Source: a virus. Taken from it: a stretch of DNA of 64,000 bases. The DNA lies in the IMG/VR virus record IMGVR_UViG_3300043434_000700, positions 3,642 to 67,641 of that record. One strand, given 5' to 3'. The notes below the pieces were generated by a model. The model saw only the letters and a program-made list of their open reading frames with translations. It was not told the DNA's origin and ran no database searches. The translations under genes and the position numbers were made by a program. Positions 9,686 to 18,746 of the stretch are shown here, one piece after another. How positions within the stretch are numbered: position 1 is the stretch's first letter; every line of letters begins with the position of its first letter.

Positions 9686-9891
9686 TATTTCTTTTTAAGA
9701 TTTGTTTTAACAATGTTTAGTAGATCTTCTTGCTGTTGTTTAATAGCAAGTACTTCGTGTGTCATTTCTTCTAGTCTAGACAATACAATTTCAAGTCGCG
9801 CTTCTAGCTTTGCGTAGCGAGCGCCTGCGTCATCAGCGTGTTGATCCACAATGCCTGATTTTCGTTTTGTTTTATTTTGTTTATCCACCAT
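9685..9891 (-). CDS. small coiled-coil hypothetical protein
   Basis: 68 aa; stop overlaps the DnaE start, but it overlaps the upstream ORF by 88 nt. Confidence 0.45.
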   Translation of the reverse strand: MVDKQNKTKRKSGIVDQHADDAGARYAKLEARLEIVLSRLEEMTHEVLAIKQQQEDLLNIVKTNLKKK

Positions 9892-10496
9892 TTAGTATCC
9901 ACATGCTTGGTAATTGTATCAATTTGTCCCGGTTCCATTTTATCCAACAACTGTTGTGCGGCTTCAGCTGAGTATATGATCCAAGGACTAATACGTCCCA
10001 TTGTTATCATATTCATTGCTGTTGCTGGTGCAACTTTGTTAAAAAAATCTTGCCATCTATTGTTTGTACGCTCTCCCCAGTCGACCATTGCTAGGATAGT
10101 GCGTTCTAATGCACGTTCTGAAGTTTCCTTCTTGGCAGCTTCTTGTACATATAGTTGGTAAGTTCCTGGCTTTGTCCAATCACTTAATCGAACGCTCATT
10201 TTAAAAAGCCAGTTTGTAAACTTTTCGCTTTCTAAAGGACGCAACTCAATCAAGTAGTTAGCAAATTTTACAAATCCAATATAGTCTGCGCTCCTTATGA
10301 AATCGTCAATTGTCTTTTCTTTCTTTGTATTGGGGCTTACATATTTCATAAAGTCCAACCATACGCTAAAAGCAATACGACTTTCAGGTTCATCCTTGTT
10401 CATCCATCTGCGTTTGCGTTCACACATGTGGCTACTTAAGGTGCGCTCACGTGTAAATGCCTTTCCGCAGAAGCGACATTGGTAATCCTGTACCAT
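9804..10496 (-). CDS. Zn-finger-containing hypothetical protein
   Basis: N-terminal CRFC..F..E..L..HMC (C2HC-like finger); coupled to upstream gene. Confidence 0.75.
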   Translation of the reverse strand: MVQDYQCRFCGKAFTRERTLSSHMCERKRRWMNKDEPESRIAFSVWLDFMKYVSPNTKKEKTIDDFIRSADYIGFVKFANYLIELRPLESEKFTNWLFKMSVRLSDWTKPGTYQLYVQEAAKKETSERALERTILAMVDWGERTNNRWQDFFNKVAPATAMNMITMGRISPWIIYSAEAAQQLLDKMEPGQIDTITKHVDTKWWINKIKQNENQALWINTLMTQALATQS

Positions 10497-10987
10497 TATT
10501 TAAACAAATCCTTAAGATCTTTATTACCCATGTTTTTGGCAACTGCTATATCCTCTAACACATCATTGCCGTTTAGAGTACGGAACAACTCAATCTCATC
10601 ATCGTCCATTGAAGGGAACTGTTCGATCAACCAAGCTGTCAGCTTGTCCTTCTTGGCACCTTTGGGTGGGATGAACTCGTGGCGCATCTTATGGCCAATG
10701 CCACATAGTGCAAGAGTACGCCAACGCATCTCATCGTGACTGCTGCCTACTGCAATGTAATCTAGATTGCTTAGATCATTGACTGTTGTCAGGTAATACT
10801 CTTGCAAGTCCTGTGTGCCTTGAACTTGACTGCCCCAACGTTGTGCCATGTATGTACTAAGCGACTTCAACTCGTCTGGTTCCAGCTTGCTGTAATAGTC
10901 GCCGCGGCGCAGATCAACTGCTGCCATAACTTGGTCAATGGGCAGTTGATATTTTGCTGTTGCAGGAGCTTTCTTTTTAGTAGCCAT
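10496..10987 (-). CDS. hypothetical, possibly clamp-loader small subunit (gp62-like)
   Basis: YMAQRWGS...EYYL..VN pattern and size resemble gp62; replication-gene context. Confidence 0.4.
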   Translation of the reverse strand: MATKKKAPATAKYQLPIDQVMAAVDLRRGDYYSKLEPDELKSLSTYMAQRWGSQVQGTQDLQEYYLTTVNDLSNLDYIAVGSSHDEMRWRTLALCGIGHKMRHEFIPPKGAKKDKLTAWLIEQFPSMDDDEIELFRTLNGNDVLEDIAVAKNMGNKDLKDLFK

Positions 10988-10993
10988 GCTAGT

Positions 10994-11022
10994 ATTTTAA
11001 AACCAAATTTTGTTTAAGTCAA
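10994..11022 (-). promoter_or_regulatory. sigma70-like promoter
   Basis: TTGACT-17-TAAAAT, 6 nt before ATG 10987. Confidence 0.6.
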
Positions 11023-11503
11023 GCACTTCTGGAATTTTGTTTGTTTCTTTGACAAAGAACGCACACATGGGTTCGTTGCCTTTTTCAAGTGGCACTGCTA
11101 ACAAGTGACCAAACTTTAACTTGGGCACATACCACTTTACTTCTTGGTAAATGTTAACTACTTCAACTCGTTGCCATTCTGGTTTGTATCCATTGATAGG
11201 ATTAAACACAAACGTAGAGAAGCCACGATCGTTAATACTCATTACATTAACAACTTCTGGCTCGCCATGATCTGGTTCGCCAATAACCAATGACCAATCC
11301 AATGGTACTTTTACTTCTGTCTTACCAATACGTAGTACTGCGGCTGGGCAAGAGAAACTTTCTAAGAATACCAATGGTACAAAAATATAATCTACTTCGT
11401 TTGGATTTGAATAATCCAATACTCCATAACGCAAGTCTTCATCAATCTCTTCGGGTAGACGATCTAAGTCGTATGACCGATTGTCGACTGTTAAAATGTT
11501 CAT
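10997..11503 (-). CDS. hypothetical protein with degenerate Hint-like pattern
   Basis: Likely start MNILTVDN at 11503 (ATGA overlap with UvsW stop); beta-rich. Confidence 0.75.
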   Translation of the reverse strand: MNILTVDNRSYDLDRLPEEIDEDLRYGVLDYSNPNEVDYIFVPLVFLESFSCPAAVLRIGKTEVKVPLDWSLVIGEPDHGEPEVVNVMSINDRGFSTFVFNPINGYKPEWQRVEVVNIYQEVKWYVPKLKFGHLLAVPLEKGNEPMCAFFVKETNKIPEVLDLNKIWF

Positions 11504-12957
11504 TTGTAAGTAACCTTTTCTGTTTGGTATGGATAATTTGCTTCGGTGTAAAATTTCTTCCTCGTAGTGAGGTGACGCTTGGCAAACTTGGCTGTGGATG
11601 TTATGTCCCAAATTTGCACAAAGTCTTTGTCTTGTGCTTTTCTTATACCCCGGCCAATGCTCTGGATAACTCTAACAAACGACTTGCCAGGTTCCACGAG
11701 AACCAAGTTAAAGATCCTAGGAATATTAATACCAACAGCCGCGACACCATATGTCGCAACGATAATTTTGTTATCGCTTGTAGTGATTTCGTCATACTCA
11801 TCTTTCCTGTCTTTTGATTTCATTGCACCCGATACAAATACACTGTCGGGTAATCTTTCTACCAGCATCTTGCCAGTAGCAATACGATCAACAAGAATAA
11901 GCGTGTTGCCGGCTAAACTGATCGTTTCAAGTGTTTTGGCCAGGTGATCTAATCGCTTTTCATTTGACGTTAGGTACGTCAATTCTTCTTGGTATGTTTT
12001 GTACTCTACCTTGTCATCAAACTGTAGTACCTTAACGTGGCAGTTAGATAACACACCCATATCTTGCAGTTCGCTTGCAGGTAGTCTGTGCAGTACTTCG
12101 CCCAATGATGCAATAAGGCTAACATACTCATGTTCTTCTTTGGGAACAGTTCCTGTCAATCCCCAACGAATTGGTATGTGTGCAAATGTGCTTGTTAGCA
12201 AGGTACGCAACACATCTGCTTTTGCCATGTGAACTTCGTCGACAATGACTGCAATCAAGTCGTCAGTGACAGCTTCAACTCCAATGGCACTTGTGCCTTC
12301 TTTGTTCTTTTTAATAAGACTGTTGATACTTTGCCATGTTGCAATGGTATGTGTGTGTCCAAGGTCTTTCTCATCACCAAAGTACACACCAACATCTAAT
12401 CCCATGTTAACATAGTCAGCATGTGTTTGACGTACCAGGTCCTTGTTGGGTACAATAACAAGTGTTCGACCAAACGGCTCGCATGTTAAACTCAGTGCCG
12501 CTGTCATTAGTGTCTTACCTGCACCTGTGGCAATCTCTTGTACGCCTTGCGGGTTGGCAAGATAACGATTGATACACGCTACTTGATAGTCACGAATCTT
12601 GATAGGCTGACCTTCTGCTGGGTGTCCTTTGGGCCAACAGATATGACTAAACGTATCTTCGGTAACTTCAGCAAACTTGATGTTCCAGTTGGGCCGTTTG
12701 TCATCGATCTCAATTTGCCAACCTTCCTCATCAAGGATAGGTAGTACTCTATCTAGCAAGTTTAGATAAGTGGCACCTGCTGTTGTAAAGAAACCAATCT
12801 TGCCATCCCACCTACCTAAGCGGAAAGCTGGTACGTGATATGCATGCGGTAGCATGTATTTTAATTTGGTTTCGCATTTGCGACGAGTGCTTGGATCAAG
12901 ATCATGGAACTTGATATTGACTTCGTCTTTAATTTCTAATCTGGTTATTCCGGGCAT
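11500..12957 (-). CDS. uvsW: UvsW-like SF2 DNA helicase
   Basis: IRDYQ, ATGAGKT, DEVH, GLTGT, GINIP and QSIGRG motifs. Confidence 0.93.
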   Translation of the reverse strand: MPGITRLEIKDEVNIKFHDLDPSTRRKCETKLKYMLPHAYHVPAFRLGRWDGKIGFFTTAGATYLNLLDRVLPILDEEGWQIEIDDKRPNWNIKFAEVTEDTFSHICWPKGHPAEGQPIKIRDYQVACINRYLANPQGVQEIATGAGKTLMTAALSLTCEPFGRTLVIVPNKDLVRQTHADYVNMGLDVGVYFGDEKDLGHTHTIATWQSINSLIKKNKEGTSAIGVEAVTDDLIAVIVDEVHMAKADVLRTLLTSTFAHIPIRWGLTGTVPKEEHEYVSLIASLGEVLHRLPASELQDMGVLSNCHVKVLQFDDKVEYKTYQEELTYLTSNEKRLDHLAKTLETISLAGNTLILVDRIATGKMLVERLPDSVFVSGAMKSKDRKDEYDEITTSDNKIIVATYGVAAVGINIPRIFNLVLVEPGKSFVRVIQSIGRGIRKAQDKDFVQIWDITSTAKFAKRHLTTRKKFYTEANYPYQTEKVTYK

Positions 12958-12962
12958 TTATT

Positions 12963-12991
12963 ATTATAGCACTTTAGTAGGTTTATGTCTA
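12963..12991 (-). promoter_or_regulatory. sigma70-like promoter for uvsW
   Basis: TAGACA-17-TATAAT with extended -10 TG. Confidence 0.65.
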
Positions 12992-13055
12992 TTCATTAGC
13001 AAGATACTTATAGTAAAAACCATGATTTTAGAAAGGCAATTTTGCCATAATGCAG

Positions 13056-13085
13056 AAAAAAGAACAGACTCCGAAGAGTCTGTTC
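13056..13085 (-). terminator. intrinsic terminator after RNA ligase
   Basis: GAACAGACTC-TTCG-GAGTCTGTTC hairpin followed by a T-tract on minus strand. Confidence 0.8.
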
Positions 13086-13128
13086 CATCGACATCCATCC
13101 ACGCAAATAGTCAGCTGTCGATAAACTA

Positions 13129-14196
13129 TTAACCTCCGTGTTTCAGGAGATATCGGTTAGAGATGGCCTTAAACGAAACAGGCCGTTCATGACACTTAAA
13201 CACCACGCCTTCGCGTTCGCAACCAATCATGCCCATTACACTCTTGCCTTCGGCAAACTTTAACACTTGATCCATGTTAGTGAGGCCAAGTGTATCAGTT
13301 AGGTTGGCAGAGTATGCAAGTACTGGACAGTGATTCAGGCCATGTTCTGCAACAAATGCCTTACGTTCAGCTGGAGTGAAGTAACAGCCTGCATCAATGT
13401 CGTAAATGTCGTACACAAGGAAATCTTGATCACGCATTTGGTAAATGTTGCCTTGAATGCCGTTGCCTACAATTTCACCTTGGATAGCAATGTTACGACC
13501 GATGCCAATCAACTTAGCAGGCAGGTTGTACTTGTTTGCGGCACGCCATAGTGAGTTATCTGCGTTAGGCTTGAGGTCAAGGTTACGCGAACACACACCT
13601 ACTTCACCATCACGCATGTACACTGTCATTGACGAGCCTTCTAGCTTTTCGGTAACTTCCCAATGTGAGCCATCGACCAGCCATTCTGCAAGTTCGACCT
13701 TTAAGTTTTGAACACGTTCTTGATCAGTCTTGGGAATAACTGATGGGAACATACCCTTAACTTCACCAGCCAACTCTGCAGGCACAGGTGCTTCGTACTT
13801 GACAATACCAAGCAGGTCAGACACATCATTACCTGGGAAGAAGAATTCACCCAATTCCTGCCCTTCATCAAACTTGCTATCTTCAAATTTCTCTAAGGCC
13901 ACAGATATTGGAATTAACAGGCCTTGGCTCAATTGACCACGCAACTTCATAGTTCGCAAACGTTCGCCTTCAACACCTTCAAAAGTCTTTGCATAGTGGC
14001 CGGGCTTGGTCAAGAACGGAGCAACGGCTGTGGGAATGAAGCTATCAATTTCGCAATACACTGCAAGATCACCTGCTGAGTATTCGCCCTTCTTGACTAC
14101 CACTGTCCATCCACCTACAATGGCGCACTCAATTGCATCTGCACCTTCAATGGGTCGCAGTGCATCAATCTTTCTAATGGTTGCCATCTTTCTCAT
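13129..14196 (-). CDS. RNA ligase, DRB0094/Rnl5-type
   Basis: Start MRKMATIR at 14196; N-terminal GADAIE..VGGW..VV..YCEIDS; KTDQER, TEKLEGSS, QGE, EGVVFK and FKAISN motifs. Confidence 0.88.
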   Translation of the reverse strand: MRKMATIRKIDALRPIEGADAIECAIVGGWTVVVKKGEYSAGDLAVYCEIDSFIPTAVAPFLTKPGHYAKTFEGVEGERLRTMKLRGQLSQGLLIPISVALEKFEDSKFDEGQELGEFFFPGNDVSDLLGIVKYEAPVPAELAGEVKGMFPSVIPKTDQERVQNLKVELAEWLVDGSHWEVTEKLEGSSMTVYMRDGEVGVCSRNLDLKPNADNSLWRAANKYNLPAKLIGIGRNIAIQGEIVGNGIQGNIYQMRDQDFLVYDIYDIDAGCYFTPAERKAFVAEHGLNHCPVLAYSANLTDTLGLTNMDQVLKFAEGKSVMGMIGCEREGVVFKCHERPVSFKAISNRYLLKHGG

Positions 14197-14206
14197 AATA
14201 TATTCC

Positions 14207-14542
14207 TTAAGCAAAAAGTTGTTGTGGTACAGAGCCAAACAACGAATACAGTGTTCTACTCGGAGTAGAAGCAACTGCCAGTTTCATATTCTTCTTGGCC
14301 GCTTGCTTTTTATAATAGTCACGTGCAATCCTATTACGAACTGCACCGCGACTGTTGTTGCAAGCAAAGCATGCCGCTACTAAGTTTGAAGCCGCCTCAA
14401 TCTTTTTATTACGGGGGCTTGCCCACTTGTCAAGCAGATGTTCTAGTGTTGCATGTTGCGGTGACTTTCTATCTTGATTCATTTCACAACTGCAATAATA
14501 ACACCTGTTACCTTGCTTTTGAACTAATGCTAAAAGAGTCAT
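14207..14542 (-). CDS. HNH endonuclease
   Basis: CYYC...TLEHL...NLVAACFACNN; probable start 14542. Confidence 0.8.
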   Translation of the reverse strand: MTLLALVQKQGNRCYYCSCEMNQDRKSPQHATLEHLLDKWASPRNKKIEAASNLVAACFACNNSRGAVRNRIARDYYKKQAAKKNMKLAVASTPSRTLYSLFGSVPQQLFA

Positions 14543-14591
14543 AACGGTTCCTTGACAAGCAGGACTTATTGACATTGCCTGTTTTGGTAAC

Positions 14592-15644
14592 TTACTCGCC
14601 GCGCTTCATTACGGTAGTTTCTGCCAGGCGCTTCCACTTGTCATTGCCTGCACCGCACATCTTCTTCAAGTCTGCAATCTTAATAACAGTACGCAGGCTC
14701 AGTTCACGCAAACGGTCCTTGTTAGCATCCACGTACTCGTACAGTTCTTGCTTGGCGCCTTCTTCGAACTCGTAGTGGTCCAGCATACCGTCCATCATAA
14801 TTTGCTTGATACGCAACATCTTGTCACGAGTAGTGTCCAGTGTCAAGTCCAGGTAGTGACAACGGCTTTCCAATGCACCCAAGTGATCCTTGAGCTTTGC
14901 AGAACGCACGTTCTCAAACTTGATGTTGGTGATAAAGATTGCACTGCCTTTAAACTCAAAGCGATCCGGCACACCTTCTTGACGCAACATACGGCTATCT
15001 GTGTTCCAGCAAATTGTACGCTTCTTAGAACTGTCCAATGCGGCTTTCAGAATGTTTAGCGACAGTTCGTCAAGCAACACACTGTCACAGTCGTCAAACA
15101 CCAGCACGTTACCTGCATCGCTATAATTGTAGAGCTTGCAGTACAGTCCAATGGCGCTCATTGCACCTTTAACAATCTCGTAACGAATACGAGTGCCACC
15201 AATTTTGTCAAACATGGCGCTCTTGTCAAGCACCTTCTCAACACCAAAGCTCTTACCCACGCCAGGAGGGCCAACAACAATCATAGCACGAACTGAGCCA
15301 TCTACTGCGCCTTCTGTCATTTCTTCCAAAATGTCAAAACGCTCACGGATGCGTTCAATTGCTTGCTCGTCTGTTTCTTGCACTTTGGGTTCCTTGCGTT
15401 TGGGAGTATCAAAGTTACCTTCAACACTGGTTGCACAATCTGCGGCAGTAGCAGGAATAACATCTTGCATAGATGCTACTTTAATACGGACTTCATCAGG
15501 CATGTTGGGGAACTCGCCGTTATTTTTAACGGTCACGTATCCGCCTTTGGTGCCTTCTTTGAAGTCTGCTACGAGTTGGAAAGTACGGCCTGTAACGTCA
15601 AAGTTACGATAAGAGCCTTTTGCGATAGTAATGTATGCTGACAT
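14592..15644 (-). CDS. AAA+/P-loop ATPase
   Basis: Walker A GPPGVGKS, Walker B VLVFDDCD, FITN and ALESR (Arg-finger-like). Confidence 0.8.
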   Translation of the reverse strand: MSAYITIAKGSYRNFDVTGRTFQLVADFKEGTKGGYVTVKNNGEFPNMPDEVRIKVASMQDVIPATAADCATSVEGNFDTPKRKEPKVQETDEQAIERIRERFDILEEMTEGAVDGSVRAMIVVGPPGVGKSFGVEKVLDKSAMFDKIGGTRIRYEIVKGAMSAIGLYCKLYNYSDAGNVLVFDDCDSVLLDELSLNILKAALDSSKKRTICWNTDSRMLRQEGVPDRFEFKGSAIFITNIKFENVRSAKLKDHLGALESRCHYLDLTLDTTRDKMLRIKQIMMDGMLDHYEFEEGAKQELYEYVDANKDRLRELSLRTVIKIADLKKMCGAGNDKWKRLAETTVMKRGE

Positions 15645-15685
15645 TTGGGTTCCTTTGCGTGGATGTTTAACTTACTACAATATCT

Positions 15686-15714
15686 ATTATACTGTCAGTT
15701 GGCTCAAAGAGCAA
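15686..15714 (-). promoter_or_regulatory. sigma70-like early promoter
   Basis: TTGCTC-17-TATAAT. Confidence 0.65.
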
Positions 15715-15857
15715 CCGTTTTTTGCACTTTTTTCTTGGGTTTCCAGCACTTGTTGCGTAAAAACAACACCGCCCAAGCCCAGTTGGTACGTTTCTGCGAC
15801 AGCTTTGATGTAAAATTGCATGATTTTACCAGTTTTTGTAATCAATGTGTACTGCAT
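15687..15857 (-). CDS. small hypothetical early protein
   Basis: MQYTLITKTG start at 15857 with AAGGA RBS, downstream of a strong promoter. Confidence 0.55.
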   Translation of the reverse strand: MQYTLITKTGKIMQFYIKAVAETYQLGLGGVVFTQQVLETQEKSAKNGCSLSQLTV

Positions 15858-15884
15858 GATGTCCTTTTTGCTGTCTATGCATGT

Positions 15885-15913
15885 ATTATACAACGATCTG
15901 GACCAGACGTCAA
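15885..15913 (-). promoter_or_regulatory. sigma70-like early promoter
   Basis: TTGACG-17-TATAAT. Confidence 0.75.
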
Positions 15914-15922
15914 CCACTTTTT

Positions 15923-15966
15923 GGGAATACCAAAGTAAATTTTAGGGGAATACCAAAGTAAATTTT
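15923..15966. repeat. 21-bp direct repeat, 2 copies
   Basis: GGGAATACCAAAGTAAATTTT at 15923-15943 and 15946-15966. Confidence 0.9.
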
Positions 15967-16035
15967 TGTTGTTTTTAAGCCACAAAAAAAGGTAATACGA
16001 AAGTACTACCTTTGATTGCTTATTTTTTAAGCAGA

Positions 16036-16497
16036 TTAGCGAAGTTCTGCGTCTTCCATGCCAGCTACCCGCAATTTTACGACATTAGAAAGTTGCCATT
16101 GCTTGATGTCAAGTGCTTTAGTAAGACCTAAAAACTTATTACGAACAAGTGCAAACTCATTCACGATAGCATCCATGTCACATACTTCTGGTTCACCGTC
16201 TACATATTTTTCTGCGTCGCGACTTGTTAAGGCACGATTGTAATGTTCTGTAAATTGACGGAACTTGGCACTGCGAATCTTGCGAAGTTGGATATTAAGT
16301 TGTTCCAGTATAGCTTCAATTTCTTGTAGCTGATTGAATCTGTATTCTACAATGCCTGGCATTTCGCGGCTGGCTTTTTCTAAACTACCAACTAGCTTTA
16401 ATTCCATGCGGCCTTGAACGAGTTCGTTTTCAAACCACTCAATGCAATCAGGAAGGCAACTGAGGTCTGCAACAACCTTCCTATACCAAGTACTCAT
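16036..16497 (-). CDS. uvsY: UvsY-like recombination mediator
   Basis: Helical 153 aa with AEKYVDGE and KALDIKQWQLSNVVKLRVAG, a UvsY-like C-terminus. Confidence 0.75.
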   Translation of the reverse strand: MSTWYRKVVADLSCLPDCIEWFENELVQGRMELKLVGSLEKASREMPGIVEYRFNQLQEIEAILEQLNIQLRKIRSAKFRQFTEHYNRALTSRDAEKYVDGEPEVCDMDAIVNEFALVRNKFLGLTKALDIKQWQLSNVVKLRVAGMEDAELR

Positions 16498-16751
16498 TAA
16501 TAGTCCTCGTCTTCGTTTTCTAGTTCTTCTTCTTCAATGTCACCAAGGATTTCTGCAAACGCACCGTCAAGTGCAGAGTCAGATCCTTTAGCATCTTCTT
16601 GTGCTTGTTCTAAGTTGACAAAGTCTTCTGATGCTCGCAAATATGCCAGTGCGGCATCTGGGCGTTCTTTCTTGTCAATGTATGGTTTAACTGCTAACCA
16701 CATCTCGACTAGCATTTCTCCCGATGTATCACTCATTGTATTTTTCTCCAT
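16497..16751 (-). CDS. small acidic hypothetical protein
   Basis: 84-aa ORF coupled to uvsY. Confidence 0.7.
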   Translation of the reverse strand: MEKNTMSDTSGEMLVEMWLAVKPYIDKKERPDAALAYLRASEDFVNLEQAQEDAKGSDSALDGAFAEILGDIEEEELENEDEDY

Positions 16752-16778
16752 ATATCCACCTTAGGTGGTCAGCGATAC

Positions 16779-17246
16779 TTAGCTGACTTTTGTTTGTTGT
16801 GTTGCCATTTTAGACAAATACTCTTCGCTTTCAATCCACTTGTTGTTGACAAGGAATCCCCACTTGCGTATTTGTTTGCCTGGCATGAATAATGTCCAAG
16901 GCGTTACGCCAGGAGCAAGCTCAATACGATGATAGCTGTTAGCGCCACATATACGAAAATGGCCGGGTCCTCTCCATTTACGTACTTCACACGATTTACT
17001 ACCATCTGCGTTAAATTGTGGAATCCATTCATAGTAGCCGCCTTTAAGGATTAAAGTAGCGTAAGGCCATGGATGATCATGCACGTCATCGGGATCTGAT
17101 TTAAGGAACTTGTGTAAAAACACATTAAATGGAAACCTTGTTCTGTCTTTAAGGAAAACATAATATCTTTCTAGTAGTGGTTCATCTGCACGACGATCCA
17201 TGATCACACGGTGTCGTCCTAATCGTTGCATAAGTTTTTTAATCAT
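16779..17246 (-). CDS. cupin-like hypothetical protein
   Basis: LHKF..SD...HDHPW...ILKGGY.E...HRIEL motifs; start 17246 or 17258. Confidence 0.65.
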   Translation of the reverse strand: MIKKLMQRLGRHRVIMDRRADEPLLERYYVFLKDRTRFPFNVFLHKFLKSDPDDVHDHPWPYATLILKGGYYEWIPQFNADGSKSCEVRKWRGPGHFRICGANSYHRIELAPGVTPWTLFMPGKQIRKWGFLVNNKWIESEEYLSKMATQQTKVS

Positions 17247-18091
17247 TAAAATCCCCATTGTTGACTCTTGGCCATAGTCAAAGGAAATTCTGTGTACCTT
17301 AATGGTTGCGGAGCTGTTTTAATTTTATGATCCCATGCCAACGTCCATTCTTCAACTTCTGGTCTAACAGTTGTTAGCCACGGGATACCAAGTTTGCATA
17401 TTTCTTGCTTTACATAACGTAACATACAAACCGGGTGATGATGAGTATCAGTATATACTTCTTTTGGGTTGGAAGCAGACCAAGCCACTTGCAAAGTAAC
17501 CGGAGGCGGATAACCTAATACCTCTAAGATTGGCTTACAGTCAAATCTTGGATTAAATGTATCAATTGCTTTATTGACTCTATCTCTTACATTGCTCAGT
17601 AGAGGATCATCTTTTGTATCACCGGCAAATGGGTCGTTGCCAGAATAATATGGCTCTATCCAATGCATGTTGAAATTTGTTTGCGTGATACCTAAGTTTT
17701 TAAGTGCCAATTGTGTTGCATTGATTAATGCACAGTCTCTGAGAGTATAAAACTCAACGTCTGCATATTTTTCAACCCAATCTTGCGAATATGATTGTTG
17801 ATTAAAAATATTACCCGGGAGTATCCAACGGCCATCAACTAATCTATCCTCTCTTGCAAACGTAGACCAGGAGATGAATGCATGGTCTCCTGTTTTTAGT
17901 AAGCCACTGGCTATTGCATGCTGTATCTGGATTGCAATAAACAAATTGCCCGAACCCGGCATACCCCAATTGTCAGTTTCAAATCCTTCTAGCTCGGCCT
18001 GTTCAAGTACAATGTCTGCCCAAGTAGGCCAATGATACTTGGTAAAGCTACAGCCAAATGTCATTATTTTCATATTATTTTTCTTCAGCAA
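17246..18091 (-). CDS. SGNH-like hypothetical protein
   Basis: FGCSFT, NWGMPGSGN, WST..RED and C-terminal DxHH-P motifs. Confidence 0.55.
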   Translation of the reverse strand: MLKKNNMKIMTFGCSFTKYHWPTWADIVLEQAELEGFETDNWGMPGSGNLFIAIQIQHAIASGLLKTGDHAFISWSTFAREDRLVDGRWILPGNIFNQQSYSQDWVEKYADVEFYTLRDCALINATQLALKNLGITQTNFNMHWIEPYYSGNDPFAGDTKDDPLLSNVRDRVNKAIDTFNPRFDCKPILEVLGYPPPVTLQVAWSASNPKEVYTDTHHHPVCMLRYVKQEICKLGIPWLTTVRPEVEEWTLAWDHKIKTAPQPLRYTEFPLTMAKSQQWGF

Positions 18092-18290
18092 ATGCGTTTA
18101 GGATGAGGTATACGCCATCATTACTTCGTTGTATGCTAACGTCTTTGCTAAAGCCAGCGTAGTGGAATACGCCTTGTTCAACTTTACGAAAGCAGTCGAT
18201 CATGATTTCTGGATCACCCATGACATCAGCATGGATCATTTCCGCTTCATACAACACTTGCAGTTGTTCGATTAGATCTTTAATAAGCAT
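18075..18290 (-). CDS. hypothetical protein
   Basis: 71-aa ORF; TGCTATAAT extended -10 just upstream. Confidence 0.65.
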   Translation of the reverse strand: MLIKDLIEQLQVLYEAEMIHADVMGDPEIMIDCFRKVEQGVFHYAGFSKDVSIQRSNDGVYLILNAFAEEK

Positions 18291-18314
18291 AACACATTAT
18301 AGCAGGATTTACTG

Positions 18315-18746
18315 TCAAGGCCAATGGGGAGTTTCGCCAAGTAAGACTCGAATGGATTGAAACTCTTTCCACGCATCTCGATACATTGGGTTTTCGTGTA
18401 GCAATTCTAGATGACGTTCTTTGTTGTCAATAAAGAATTGTGTTACATCGCTTGGGCCGCCTGTGTATCCGCTTGAGGTTCGAGCTGTATATTTGCGATT
18501 GGCAAAATCTATTGCATGGTGTATGTCAGCTTCCATACGTTCCAATCTTTCAATTGTACGCTCGTCAAGCTCAACCTGATAAACTTGCTCTTCTCTTGCA
18601 ACATAACGTTCAGACCAGTCGATCCGGCCGTCTTCTCGATCGCTGGACCAATTCATATAACCAGGATCTTCCCAACGGCGCAAGGTGTGCCGACCTGTGA
18701 TCTTTACACCTTGCCGTCTCAACCATTTTTCATGGTCAAGTGCCAT
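18315..18746 (-). CDS. hypothetical protein
   Basis: 143-aa ORF abutting the uvsX stop. Confidence 0.7.
   Translation of the reverse strand: MALDHEKWLRRQGVKITGRHTLRRWEDPGYMNWSSDREDGRIDWSERYVAREEQVYQVELDERTIERLERMEADIHHAIDFANRKYTARTSSGYTGGPSDVTQFFIDNKERHLELLHENPMYRDAWKEFQSIRVLLGETPHWP

Noticed and set aside
11504-11611. Upstream extensions in the ORF track (also 14197-14274, 27991-28074, 54609-54743)
   Set aside because: They overlap neighbouring genes or hairpins; downstream ATGs fit coupling, RBS or promoter position better
15923-15966. Possible mini-CRISPR
   Set aside because: Only two copies separated by 2 nt, no spacers, no cas genes
18296-18318. TTGACA...TATAAT canonical promoter
   Set aside because: Spacer is only 11 nt; at most an extended -10 promoter
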